A stretch of DNA of 32,000 nt, taken from contig NZ_LN831039.1 in assembly GCF_001457595.1 (NCBI RefSeq), forward strand, positions 2,160,001-2,192,000, in the 5' to 3' direction. Shown here piece after piece: positions 1-9,114 of the stretch. Each line of letters opens with the position of its first letter. Position 1 is the first letter of the stretch. The notes under the pieces are model-generated. The model was not told where the DNA came from. It worked only from the letters and a program-made list of their open reading frames with translations, and made no database searches. The translations under genes and the position numbers were made by a program. The stretch is from Mycolicibacterium smegmatis. Lineage in GTDB: Bacteria; Actinomycetota; Actinomycetes; Mycobacteriales; Mycobacteriaceae.

Positions 1-582
1 CTGGAGGAGGACGTTGTGGTGATCGGTCGAACAGCGCAGGAACGCACCGTGGCCCTTCACCAGATCGCTCACCTTGAAGCCGAGTCCGGAGACGAAGAAC
101 GCGTATGCGGTTTCGTAGTCGGGCGATCCGATCACGATGTGGCCGAGCCGACGGGGCCGGACGCGGTCGGTGATCATGATGCCCGCGGCCCGGGCGTCGA
201 CGCGGTCGTTGCGCCCCGGCGCGTTCACCGGCGGTGCCACATAAGGGGTTTGGTCCAGACGGGGCGCGGTGATCAGTTCGATCTCGGCACCCGTTGTCGG
301 TTCGACGGTGTGCAACCGACCAGGTTCTGGGAGCACGGCCGCGAACTCCGATCGCCTGAGTTCTCGTGCCGCGCGCTGCAGATCGTCGTCATCGTCGACG
401 GCGAACCGGGCCGAGACCAGTCGGCGTCGCGCCGAGTGCACCAGTTCCAGTTGGACACCGCCTTCCGTGCTGGCGAAGCGGTGCCCGTCGTGGGGGATCA
501 GCCCGAAATCCTCGTAGAAGGTGGCCGCAGTGGCCAGGTCGGGTACGCCCAGAACGATGGAATCGAGGCGGTGGAGAGCCAT
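1..582 (-). CDS. VOC/glyoxalase-fold protein, extradiol dioxygenase-like (partial, runs off left edge)
   Basis: Open minus-strand frame from ATG at 582 to the window edge: MALHRLDSIVLGVPDLATAATFYEDFGLIPHDG...RLGHIVIGSPDYETAYAFFVSGLGFKVSDLVKGHGAFLRCSTDHHNVLL. Two VOC repeats, with the second carrying His ligand-like positions. Absent from the ORF track because it has no stop in the window. Confidence 0.8.
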   Translation of the reverse strand, partial: MALHRLDSIVLGVPDLATAATFYEDFGLIPHDGHRFASTEGGVQLELVHSARRRLVSARFAVDDDDDLQRAARELRRSEFAAVLPEPGRLHTVEPTTGAEIELITAPRLDQTPYVAPPVNAPGRNDRVDARAAGIMITDRVRPRRLGHIVIGSPDYETAYAFFVSGLGFKVSDLVKGHGAFLRCSTDHHNVLLQ

Positions 583-584
583 TG

Positions 585-1448
585 TCAGCTCCGCGGTGCT
601 ACGGATGCGCTGTCGGCGGTCACGAAGCGCTGGGTGAACTCCCCGACGCCGGTGATGTAGGTGCGCAGTTCGTCGCCAGGTGCCAGGAACCGCTTCGGGT
701 TTCGGCCCATGCCGACACCCGACGGTGTGCCGGTGAAGATGACGTCGCCCGGATAGAGCTCGACGGTGTCCGACAGGTAGGCGATGAGGTTGGACACCGG
801 GAAGATCAGCTGCGAGGTGCGGCTGTGCTGCACCGTCTCGCCGTTGATCTCGGCTCCCAGTTCCAGATCGTCGGGATCGGGCAGCTCGTCGACGGTCACC
901 AGTTCGGGCCCGATGGGGGAGAACCCGGCGTGCGATTTGGCGAGGCTGAACTGCGGTGCGGGGCCCGCGAGTTGCAGGTCCCGCTCGGAGAGGTCCTGGC
1001 CCACCGAGACGCCTGCGACGAACTCCCAGGCGCGGTCCTCGGGGATGTTCCGGCCGCCGCGGCCCATGACGACCACCAGTTCGACCTCCCAGTCGACCGA
1101 ACCTGCCGGCAGCTGGACGGTTTCGACGGGCCCGGTGATCGACGAGACGAACTTGGTGAAGATCACCGGATGCTCGGGCTTGCTGAGCCCGGACTCGGTG
1201 GCGTGGTCGTCGTAGTTGAGACCGACGGCGAAGACCTGCCGCGGCAGCGGTGCCGGTGAACCGATGGTTCCGACGCGCGCGGACGGTGCGGGCAGTGCCG
1301 CGGTGCGCGCCCACTCCTGGAATGCGTCCCAGTGCTGGTAGAGGTCCTGCGGATCGGGGCCGAAGCGTTGTTCGGACGCTTTGGCCACATCGACCACGCC
1401 ATCGCCGGTGACGAGGTGGATTCGACCGTCGAGATTGATCAAGCGCAT
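585..1448 (-). CDS. Fumarylacetoacetate hydrolase (FAH) family protein
   Basis: MRLINLDGRIHLVTGDG...VFAVGLNYDDHATESG...DWEVELVVVMGRGGRNIPEDRAWEFVAGVSVGQDLSERDLQ...FTGTPSGVGMGRNPKRFL, a classic FAH fold signature. The ATG at 1448 is preferred over the longer ORF start. Confidence 0.93.
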   Translation of the reverse strand: MRLINLDGRIHLVTGDGVVDVAKASEQRFGPDPQDLYQHWDAFQEWARTAALPAPSARVGTIGSPAPLPRQVFAVGLNYDDHATESGLSKPEHPVIFTKFVSSITGPVETVQLPAGSVDWEVELVVVMGRGGRNIPEDRAWEFVAGVSVGQDLSERDLQLAGPAPQFSLAKSHAGFSPIGPELVTVDELPDPDDLELGAEINGETVQHSRTSQLIFPVSNLIAYLSDTVELYPGDVIFTGTPSGVGMGRNPKRFLAPGDELRTYITGVGEFTQRFVTADSASVAPRS

Positions 1449-1521
1449 GACATCAGTTCTTTCCTGAGCGTGTGGTGTCGGCACCCGGTGCGGGCGCCAG
1501 GCGCAGAAGCGCCCTGTTACG

Positions 1522-1550
1522 ACAATCACTCCGATCCGGCGAAAAGTCAA
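1522..1550 (-). promoter_or_regulatory. Candidate promoter for the FAH/VOC operon
   Basis: Minus strand TTGACT (1550-1545), 17-nt spacer, GATTGT (1527-1522), upstream of the ATG at 1448. Confidence 0.35.
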
Positions 1551-1630
1551 CATATTTTCGAAACTTCTCGAATCTTTCGTTTCGGGTACGATGGCCCTGT
1601 GATGATGCAGTCAGACGTCGGGGGTTTGCG

Positions 1631-2311
1631 ATGACCGCGGCCGCAGGTGACGTTGTCGAAGGTCTTGGCCCCACGGCGCGCGTCTATCAGGCGTTGCGGG
1701 CCGACATTCTCGCAGGACGTATTGCACCCGGGTCGCGGCTCGGCTTCGCCGCGCTGGTGGAGCGCTACGACTGCAGCATCGGCGCGATCAGAGAGGCGTT
1801 GCAACGGCTCGGTGAACAGGAACTCGTGATTGCCGAGCCGAAGCGGGGGTTCCGCGTCGTCGACATTTCACCCGACGACCTCAACGATCTGACCGAGGCG
1901 CGGTGTGAGATCGAAGTGCTCGCCCTGCGTTATGCGGTCAATCGCGGCAATCTCGAGTGGGAGTCGAAGGTGGTGGCGGCGCATCACCGGATGGAGCGCA
2001 CACCGATGTTCGCGCCCACCGATCCCGACCGGTTCAACGACGAGTGGGTGCTGGCGCATGCGGAGTTCCACCAGGCGCTGCTCGACGGCTGCTCCAACCG
2101 GCGAATTCTGGCCACCGCCAGCGCTTTACGTGATTCCGCTGAGCTCTATCGGCAGTGGTCTGCGCCGCAACACGACCGCAATCGTGACATCGCCGCAGAG
2201 CATCGGGCGATCCTCGATGCCGCGGTGGGCCGTGATGCCGACCTGGCGTGTGAGCTGTTGACCGCCCACATTCAGCGCACCACGAACGCGTTGCTGTCGT
2301 CTTCCGATTGA
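1631..2311 (+). CDS. GntR family transcriptional regulator (FCD-type)
   Basis: MTAAAGDVVEGLGPTARVYQALRADILAGRIAPGSRLGFAALVERYDCSIGAIREALQRLGEQELVIAEPKRGFRVVDIS, a GntR wHTH, followed by an alpha-helical FCD-like domain. Confidence 0.9.
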   Translation: MTAAAGDVVEGLGPTARVYQALRADILAGRIAPGSRLGFAALVERYDCSIGAIREALQRLGEQELVIAEPKRGFRVVDISPDDLNDLTEARCEIEVLALRYAVNRGNLEWESKVVAAHHRMERTPMFAPTDPDRFNDEWVLAHAEFHQALLDGCSNRRILATASALRDSAELYRQWSAPQHDRNRDIAAEHRAILDAAVGRDADLACELLTAHIQRTTNALLSSSD

Positions 2312-2345
2312 CGCCGCGCCGAGAGCCGTTCGGCCAGACGCACAG

Positions 2346-2663
2346 TCAGAGATCGAGAGTCGTGTTTTCGGGAAGCGCGAACTGTACTGCCGAACGCGAC
2401 GCCGCCATCACCTGCGTGTGCTGCCGGCTGAGTTCGATATGCGCGGGGTGGTCGACGTAGGCGTCGACGTCCTCCGGGTTCTGTAGCAACGCGATCACCG
2501 CGTAGTCCGCATTGCCCTCGCGTAAGCCGAGATCGGGCCCGTAATGGTATGACACCAGAACAGGGATTTGAGCCGGGAGCTGTGAGAGGGCGGCGGTCAA
2601 GGCGTCGACCTGCTCAGCCGTGACCTCTGGGTGCCAGCGAAAGCTCACCGAGTGCAGGATCAT
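2346..2663 (-). CDS. Dabb (stress-responsive A/B barrel) domain protein
   Basis: MILHSVSFRWHPEVTAEQVDALTAALSQLPAQIPVLVSYHYGPDLGLREGNADYAVIALLQNPEDVDAYVDHPAHIE, typical Dabb pattern. Confidence 0.85.
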   Translation of the reverse strand: MILHSVSFRWHPEVTAEQVDALTAALSQLPAQIPVLVSYHYGPDLGLREGNADYAVIALLQNPEDVDAYVDHPAHIELSRQHTQVMAASRSAVQFALPENTTLDL

Positions 2664-2808
2664 GCGTGCACCGTCCCGCTGATCGAATCATGTTGGCGCA
2701 TAGCTGGTTCGATGAGATGGTCATGGTCGCTCTCGCTCACGTCCGGAAAATCTACCATCGCCCGGAAACCAGCGGAATGTGCGAAATCTCATCGGCCGCT
2801 GAGCCCAC

Positions 2809-3813
2809 CTAACACCCAGGCGCGCCATGGGTGCCGCGCTCGACCATCCCGCCGGGGGCGATGACGTGCTGCTCGGGTTCAGCGCCGTCGATCGCGCGTA
2901 GCAGCAGTTCGACTGATACGCGGGCCAGTTCGTCGCGGTCACAGTGCACGGTCGTCAGGTCGACGGTTCCCCAGCCTGCGGCCCCGATGTTGTCGAAGCC
3001 GATGATGGTCAGCTCCTCGGGCACCCTGATGCGCAACGCTTTTGCCGCCGACAGTGCGCCGACGGCGATCACGTCGTTGCCGCAGAACACCGCCGACGGG
3101 CGGTCTGGCCGGTCCAGGAATTCGAGCGCCGCACGGTGGCCCGCGTCGTAACTGAAGGGAACGCGACGCAGATCCGTGCGTCGCACGTGGAGGCCGTGAG
3201 ACCGGAGGCTGCTGCGCAGGCCCGACGCCCGGTCCCGTGCGGTCGAGTTGTCCACAGTGCCGTGCAGGGCGCCGATGCGCTGATGACCGAGTCCGGCGAG
3301 GAATTCACCTACCAGACGCCCGCCTGCGAGATTGTCGAAGCTGCAACTGCTCGACTCGGGCACGTCGAGGATGCGATTGACCAGGACGTGGGGGACGCCC
3401 CGCTCGGTGAGGTCGCGCGGCAGAGTGGAGCGCCGCGTGACGGTGCACAACAGCACGCCGTCATACGAACCGTCGGCGAGCGCGTCGATGGTCACCGGGT
3501 CGTCGGCGCGGTCGGCCACGAGGACGGCCCGGTATCCGTATTCGCCCAGGGCGTTTCGCAACGGCTCGACCAACTCGGGATAGAAGGGGTTGGTCAGCGC
3601 CTCGGCCACGATCGCCACGCGCTGTGTCGTGCGCGTCGACAACGTGCGTCCGGACGCGCTCGGGATGTAGTCGAGCTCGAGCGCGGCGGTGCGCACCCGC
3701 TCACGGGTCTCGGGTGAGGTGCCGGGCAGATTGCGCAACGCGCGCGACACCGTCGGCTGCGACACCCCGGCCTTCTTCGCCACATCGAAGCTGGTCACCG
3801 ACCTGCGCGCCAT
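2809..3813 (-). CDS. LacI family transcriptional regulator
   Basis: MARRSVTSFDVAKKAGVSQPTVSRALRNLPGTSPETRERVRTAALELDYIPSASGRTLSTRTTQRVAIV plus a periplasmic-binding-like domain. Confidence 0.95.
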   Translation of the reverse strand: MARRSVTSFDVAKKAGVSQPTVSRALRNLPGTSPETRERVRTAALELDYIPSASGRTLSTRTTQRVAIVAEALTNPFYPELVEPLRNALGEYGYRAVLVADRADDPVTIDALADGSYDGVLLCTVTRRSTLPRDLTERGVPHVLVNRILDVPESSSCSFDNLAGGRLVGEFLAGLGHQRIGALHGTVDNSTARDRASGLRSSLRSHGLHVRRTDLRRVPFSYDAGHRAALEFLDRPDRPSAVFCGNDVIAVGALSAAKALRIRVPEELTIIGFDNIGAAGWGTVDLTTVHCDRDELARVSVELLLRAIDGAEPEQHVIAPGGMVERGTHGAPGC

Positions 3814-3850
3814 CACAGAGCTCCGTTCGCCATGTTCGCAGTTGACAAGT

Positions 3851-3858
3851 ATACGTAT
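3851..3858. promoter_or_regulatory. Candidate LacI-family operator core
   Basis: Perfect CpG-centred palindrome ATACGTAT within agtATACGTATgcaa, in the divergent spacer. It overlaps a minus-strand TATACT (3854-3849) suitable as a -10. Confidence 0.5.
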
Positions 3859-3897
3859 GCAATCCAGCGTGGGGCCTGCATCAGAAAGGAGCGCCAG

Positions 3898-5217
3898 ATG
3901 ATCAACCACCTCAAGAAGGCCACCCCGACCGAGGTCGACGCCAACCGCGACACGGCCGTCAAAGAGACTGTGGCGAAGGTGATTTCCGATGTCGCCACAT
4001 GCGGAGACGAGGCCGTCAGGGAGTATTCGGCGAAGTTCGACAACTGGTCACCCGAGTCGTTCGCGCTCGGCGCCGACGAGATCGAGCGGATCGTCGCGCG
4101 TGTCCCGGAGCAGGCACTCGAGGACATCCGCGCGGTGCAGGCCCGTGTGCGCGACTTCGCGCAGCGCCAGCGCGACGCGATCCTGGACTTCGAAGCCGAG
4201 ACCGAACCCGGGGTCTTCCTCGGCCAGCGCAACATCCCGGTCGCGGCGGCGGGAGCCTACGTCCCCGGCGGGCGGTATCCACTCGTGGCATCGGCGCACA
4301 TGACCGTGGTCACCGCGAAGGTTGCAGGCGTCGAGCGGGTGACCGCGTGCACACCGCCCATCCACGGCGAGATCCCCGCCGCGACCGTGGCGGCCCTGCA
4401 TCTCGCGGGAGCCGACGAGATCAACATTCTCGGCGGCACACAGGCGGTCGCGGCGATGGCGCTGGGCACCGAGACCATCGGCAAGGTGGACCTGCTCGCC
4501 GGCCCTGGCAACGCCTATGTGGCGGAAGCCAAACGCCAACTGTTCGGCCAGGTCGGTATCGATCTGTTCGCCGGCCCCACCGAAGTCCTGGTCATCGCCG
4601 ACGAGTTCGCCGACCCGTTCGTCGTCGCCGTCGATCTGTTGAGCCAGGCCGAGCACGGTCCGGACTCGCCCGCGGTCCTCATCACGACGTCACGCGCGCT
4701 GGCCGAGCGGGTCGGCGAGCTCATCGATCGACTCCTGCCCGGCATGCCGACGCGCGACTTCGCCGAACCCGCATGGCGCGATCACGGCGAGATCGCCGTC
4801 GTCGACGACATCGACGAAGCGTTCGCACTCGGCGACCGGTACGCGTTCGAGCACGTGCAGGTTCTCACGGCCGATCCGCGCCGGGCGCTGACCGGCATGA
4901 CCAACTACGGTGCGCTGTTCCTCGGTGAGGGCACGTGTGTCTCGTACGGCGACAAGGTGATCGGTACCAATCACACCCTGCCCACGCGGGGCGCGGCCCG
5001 CTACACCGGCGGCCTGTGGGTCGGCAAGTACCTCAAGACCGTCACCTACCAGGAGGTGCGCAGCGCCGAGGCGAGCGCTGAGCTGGGGCGCCTCTGCGGT
5101 CGTGCCGCGCGCGTCGAATCGTTCGAGGGGCACGCGCGCTCCGGCGACATCCGCGCGATGAAGTTCGGTGGCGACACGTTCTCCTGGGTACCTGCTGACG
5201 CGGCGGTGCCGCAGTGA
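3898..5217 (+). CDS. Histidinol dehydrogenase-family (HisD/HpsN-like) dehydrogenase, probably catabolic
   Basis: GLFAGPTEVLVIAD, SQAEHGPDSPAVLIT, YAFEHVQVLT, GDKVIGTNHTLPT and ESFEGHARSGDIR match HisD-family landmarks. RBS-like aaaggag at 3886. Context is LacI/SDR rather than his genes. Confidence 0.9.
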   Translation: MINHLKKATPTEVDANRDTAVKETVAKVISDVATCGDEAVREYSAKFDNWSPESFALGADEIERIVARVPEQALEDIRAVQARVRDFAQRQRDAILDFEAETEPGVFLGQRNIPVAAAGAYVPGGRYPLVASAHMTVVTAKVAGVERVTACTPPIHGEIPAATVAALHLAGADEINILGGTQAVAAMALGTETIGKVDLLAGPGNAYVAEAKRQLFGQVGIDLFAGPTEVLVIADEFADPFVVAVDLLSQAEHGPDSPAVLITTSRALAERVGELIDRLLPGMPTRDFAEPAWRDHGEIAVVDDIDEAFALGDRYAFEHVQVLTADPRRALTGMTNYGALFLGEGTCVSYGDKVIGTNHTLPTRGAARYTGGLWVGKYLKTVTYQEVRSAEASAELGRLCGRAARVESFEGHARSGDIRAMKFGGDTFSWVPADAAVPQ

Positions 5218-5969
5218 TAACCGGACGCACCGCACTGGTCACCGGTGCGGGCAACGGCCTCGGCCGGGCGATCGCTCTGGCCCTGGCCCACAACGGCGCT
5301 CGTGTCGTACTGGTCGGCCGCCGGAGCGAACCGCTGACCGCGGTCGCACAGGAGATCGGCGAAGCGGCGCGCTGGGCCGACTGCGACACCTCCGATCCCG
5401 ACGCGGTGGCAACACTCGGCGCGACGCTGTCCGACGAGGACATCTCGATCCTGGTCAACAACGCCGGTGTCGCCGGACCGGTGGCAGCGCTCACCGACAT
5501 CGATCCGCGCGAGTGGGACGAGGTGTTCGCCGTCAACGTGCGCGGTGTCTACCTGATGTGCCGGCAGTTCCTGCCGGCGATGACCGCGCAGGGCCGTGGC
5601 GACATCATCAACGTCGCCTCGGTGAGCGGCAAGCGTCCGCTCCCTCGACGCACGCCCTACACCGCCTCGAAGATGGCCGTGATCGGTCTGACCGGCACGC
5701 TCGCGTTCGAGGTCGGCCCGCTGGGCGTCAATGTCAACACCCTCTCGCCCGGCCCGGTCGACGGACCACGCATGGACCGCAACTTCGCGCTCGAAGCGAA
5801 AACCGTCGGCATCAGCGAAGACGAGGCCCGCGAAGCGTTCGTCGGCCGTGCCGCGCAGAGGCGGATGGTGACCGAAGAGGAGGTTGCGGCCGCGGCCGTC
5901 GCGATGCTGAACATGCCCGGGCTGTGCGGGGCCGACATCGACCTGTCGGCCGGGATGATCGCGCGGTGA
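5214..5969 (+). CDS. Short-chain dehydrogenase/reductase (SDR)
   Basis: GTG start overlapping the upstream stop by 4 nt. GRTALVTGAGNGLGRAIA, ILVNNAGVAG, Ser catalytic region and YTASK motif. Confidence 0.92.
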   Translation: MITGRTALVTGAGNGLGRAIALALAHNGARVVLVGRRSEPLTAVAQEIGEAARWADCDTSDPDAVATLGATLSDEDISILVNNAGVAGPVAALTDIDPREWDEVFAVNVRGVYLMCRQFLPAMTAQGRGDIINVASVSGKRPLPRRTPYTASKMAVIGLTGTLAFEVGPLGVNVNTLSPGPVDGPRMDRNFALEAKTVGISEDEAREAFVGRAAQRRMVTEEEVAAAAVAMLNMPGLCGADIDLSAGMIAR

Positions 5970-7055
5970 TCACACATTCGGTCGAAGGGCCGGATGGATC
6001 GCGACCTCCTGGGCCTTGACCACGAAGTACACCTGCCGGCCGGGGGCGAGGTCCAGATCGGCCGCCGCGGCCGCTGTGACATCGGCGGACAGGCCGGCAC
6101 TTCCGTCGGGTTGGTCGGCGCCGCGGATGCGGACCGTGCTGCCGTGGACGTCCATCTCGGCGATCGTCACGGCGATCACGTTGCGCGGACTGGCGTGCGG
6201 TGCGTCGAGGTGGACCGACACCGCGGCCGGCGTGAACAGCGCGACGGCCGACGTTCCGACGGGAGTGTCTCCGGTCCCCGAAATGACGGTGTCCCAGGGT
6301 GTTCGGAGAATCCCGGGCGCGCTGACCGTTCCCGACACCAGATTGGTCCCGGCGATGCGGGCGGCGAACGGACTTCGCGGCGCGGCGAGGACCTCGCGCA
6401 CCGGACCTCTCTGGACGATCCGGCCGTTCTCGACGACGATCACGGTGTCGGCCATGGCCAGCGCGTCCAGCAGATCGTGCGTGACCACGACGGCGGTGCG
6501 ACGCTCGGCGGCCAGCAGGTCACGCAGCAGTCGCCGCATCGCCGGCGCGGCGCTGACATCGAGTGCCGACATCGGTTCGTCGAGCAGCAGCACCTTGGGT
6601 TCGGCAGCCAGTGCCCGAGCGAGGGCGATCCGTTGCGCCTGACCTCCCGACAACCGCGACGGTCTGCGCTCGGCCAGGTCTTCGGCGTCCACGGCACGCA
6701 GCCAGTGCCGCGCCATCGCACGGGCGTGGGATCTGCTGTGTCCCCTGCACCGTGGTGCATAGGCGACGTTGGCCGCCACAGACATGTGGGGGAAGAGCAG
6801 CGGATCTTGCGCCAGCATCGCCACACCGCGCGCATGCGGTGGCACGAACACGCCCGACTCCGTGTCGGCCACGACGGTGCCGCCGACGGAGACACGGCCC
6901 TGATCGGGGCGCAGCAGGCCGGCGACCAAAGCCAGAAGCGTCGACTTGCCCGCCCCGTTGGGCCCGAGGACGGCCACCACCGCACCATCGTCGACCGTGA
7001 GATCGAAAACGGCGTCACGGGCATCGACCCGGGCATGCACCTGGAGCCCACTCAC
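5970..7055 (-). CDS. modC: Molybdate ABC transporter ATP-binding protein with C-terminal TOBE/Mop domain
   Basis: [20 protein letters not shown] (Walker A), [16 protein letters not shown] (signature), VLLLDEP (Walker B), TOBE-like C-terminus. Linked to modB and modA. Confidence 0.95.
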   Translation of the reverse strand: MSGLQVHARVDARDAVFDLTVDDGAVVAVLGPNGAGKSTLLALVAGLLRPDQGRVSVGGTVVADTESGVFVPPHARGVAMLAQDPLLFPHMSVAANVAYAPRCRGHSRSHARAMARHWLRAVDAEDLAERRPSRLSGGQAQRIALARALAAEPKVLLLDEPMSALDVSAAPAMRRLLRDLLAAERRTAVVVTHDLLDALAMADTVIVVENGRIVQRGPVREVLAAPRSPFAARIAGTNLVSGTVSAPGILRTPWDTVISGTGDTPVGTSAVALFTPAAVSVHLDAPHASPRNVIAVTIAEMDVHGSTVRIRGADQPDGSAGLSADVTAAAAADLDLAPGRQVYFVVKAQEVAIHPALRPNV

Positions 7056-7864
7056 AGCGGACCCGCCAGTTTGCGCGACGCCGACGCGACCACGATGACC
7101 GCGGCCACCGCGATCAGCACCAGCGAAAGGGCCACGGCCGCATCGGGATCGGTCTCACGCTGCAGATAGATCTCCAGCGGCAGGGTGCGCGTGACGCCTT
7201 GCAGGGAACCGGCGAACGTCAGTGTCGCACCGAATTCACCGAGCGAGCGCGCGAACGCCAGCACGGCACCCGAGAGGATTCCGGGCAGCACGAGCGGCAG
7301 CGTCACCGTCCGCAGCACGGTCGTGGGCCGGGCGCCCAGCGTCGCGGCGATTGTCTCGTACCGGTCACCGGCCGACCGCAACGCACCTTCGAGACTCACC
7401 ACCAGAAACGGCAGCGACACGAACGACTGCGCCAGCACCACCGCGGTCGTGGTGAACGCGATTCGCACGCCTGCCATGTCGAGATACTCTCCGACCAGGC
7501 CCATACGCCCGTACGTGTACAGCAGCGCGATGCCGCCGACCACCGGGGGAAGGACCAGCGGCAGGAGCACCAGGGCGCGCAGCACCGACCGGCCGGGAAA
7601 GCGTGCCCGCGCCAGCACGACCGCCATCGGCACCCCCAGTAAGATGCACACCGCAGTGGCCGCCGCAGAGGTCTTGAGGCTCAACACGAGTGCCGCGCGT
7701 GAGGATTCCGACGTGATCAACGAGATGAACTGCGACCACTCGACCCGAACGAGAATCGCGACCAGAGGGATGACGACGAACAGGGCGCCCAGGGTCGCGG
7801 GCACGAAAATCCAGGCCGGCAGGCCGACCTCGACCCGACCGCGGGTGCGTCGCCACGTGATCAC
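7052..7864 (-). CDS. modB: Molybdate ABC transporter permease
   Basis: Membrane permease with the EAA-like loop [56 protein letters not shown]. Confidence 0.96.
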   Translation of the reverse strand: MITWRRTRGRVEVGLPAWIFVPATLGALFVVIPLVAILVRVEWSQFISLITSESSRAALVLSLKTSAAATAVCILLGVPMAVVLARARFPGRSVLRALVLLPLVLPPVVGGIALLYTYGRMGLVGEYLDMAGVRIAFTTTAVVLAQSFVSLPFLVVSLEGALRSAGDRYETIAATLGARPTTVLRTVTLPLVLPGILSGAVLAFARSLGEFGATLTFAGSLQGVTRTLPLEIYLQRETDPDAAVALSLVLIAVAAVIVVASASRKLAGPL

Positions 7865-8604
7865 GGCGCGACGAAACCCGCTTCGGAGAGCACTTCCTGG
7901 CCCTCCGGGCTCACCACCAGATCGACGAATCGCTGAGCGGTCTCGATATCGCCGGAGTCTTTGAGCGTGGCAATCGGGTAGGTGTTCACCGCGTCCGCGG
8001 ACTCTCCGAACGCGACCGCGGCCACGGCGGCGCCCGCACCCTTGGCGTCGGTCACGTACACCAGCCCCGCATCGGCCTGCCCCGAGGTGACCTTGCCGAG
8101 CACATCAGTGACCGCCGATTCCTCGCTGACCGGATGCAGTGTCACTCCGGTGGCCTTCTCGACCTTCTCGGTCGCCGCTCCGCAGGGCACCTGCGGTGCG
8201 CACACGACCACCGAGATGCCAGGTTTCGTCAGGTCGGCGAAAGACGTGATGTGCTTGGGGTTTCCCGGTGCCGTGACGATCGTGAGCGTGTTGGCCGCGA
8301 AGTCCACGGGGTCGCCGTGGACCAGGCCGGCGTCGACCACCTTGTTCATGTTCGGGGCGTCGGCCGAGGCGAACACGTCGGCGGGCGCGCCCTGCGTCAA
8401 CTGCGTGGCGAGGTCCGACGAACCCGCGAAGTTGAACTCGACGGTGGCGCCCGGGTTGGCGTCCTCGAACCGCTTGCCCAGCTCGGTGAACACCGACTTG
8501 AGCGAGGCGGCCGCGAAGACCGTGAGGTGATCGTCGTTCGCGGGCGCCGGTGTGCAACCCGCGAGCAGGAACACGCCGACCACCACGCTCACCACACGGA
8601 TCAT
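7861..8604 (-). CDS. modA: Molybdate ABC transporter substrate-binding lipoprotein
   Basis: [17 protein letters not shown] lipobox, then [56 protein letters not shown]. Confidence 0.96.
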   Translation of the reverse strand: MIRVVSVVVGVFLLAGCTPAPANDDHLTVFAAASLKSVFTELGKRFEDANPGATVEFNFAGSSDLATQLTQGAPADVFASADAPNMNKVVDAGLVHGDPVDFAANTLTIVTAPGNPKHITSFADLTKPGISVVVCAPQVPCGAATEKVEKATGVTLHPVSEESAVTDVLGKVTSGQADAGLVYVTDAKGAGAAVAAVAFGESADAVNTYPIATLKDSGDIETAQRFVDLVVSPEGQEVLSEAGFVAP

Positions 8605-9005
8605 GAACTGCCTCCCGGAGTTTCGACGATCACCGTTGTCGCCTTGACGACTGCCACGGCCACCTTTCCGGGTTCCAGGCCCAGTGCTGCCACCGATCCG
8701 CTGCTCATCAGGGAGACCACCTGGAACGGTCCGCACTGCATCTGGACCTCGGCCATCACGCTGTCGGCGGTCACCTTCGTGACCAGACCGACGAACCGGT
8801 TGCGGGCCGAACTCGCGATACCGGTCGGGTCCGGCGGGGGAGTCGCGTGGGCCTGGGCGAACGCGGCGAGGACATCACCGGCGATGACCTTGCGGCCGGC
8901 GTCGTCCTTGCTCGCGGGCAGGGCGCCGCTGTCGATCCAGCGGCGCACCGTGTCGTCACTGACGCCGAGCAGTGCGGCCGCGTCCTTGATACGGATTGAC
9001 GTCAC
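8601..9005 (-). CDS. Helix-turn-helix + TOBE/Mop domain protein, probable molybdate-responsive regulator or binding protein
   Basis: GTG start: VTSIRIKDAAALLGVSDDTVRRWIDSGALPASKDDAGRKVIAGDVLAAF (MerR/excisionase-like HTH), then SARNRFVGLVTKVTADSVMAEVQMQCGPFQVVSLMSSGSVAALGLEPGKVAVAVVKATTVIVE (TOBE). Confidence 0.88.
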   Translation of the reverse strand: MTSIRIKDAAALLGVSDDTVRRWIDSGALPASKDDAGRKVIAGDVLAAFAQAHATPPPDPTGIASSARNRFVGLVTKVTADSVMAEVQMQCGPFQVVSLMSSGSVAALGLEPGKVAVAVVKATTVIVETPGGSS

Positions 9006-9114
9006 CCGACCTCCAGTTGATGATCGCATCCGCAACTGCGGATGAAGAGGCATGTTTGAACAGCATATGCGAAGAAATTGGTCCGGATCGCGGTGCTCCT
9101 CAGATCCGACGACA

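Noticed and set aside
16-660. 214-aa plus-strand ORF at the left edge
   Set aside because: The opposite strand gives a convincing VOC-domain protein open to the edge.
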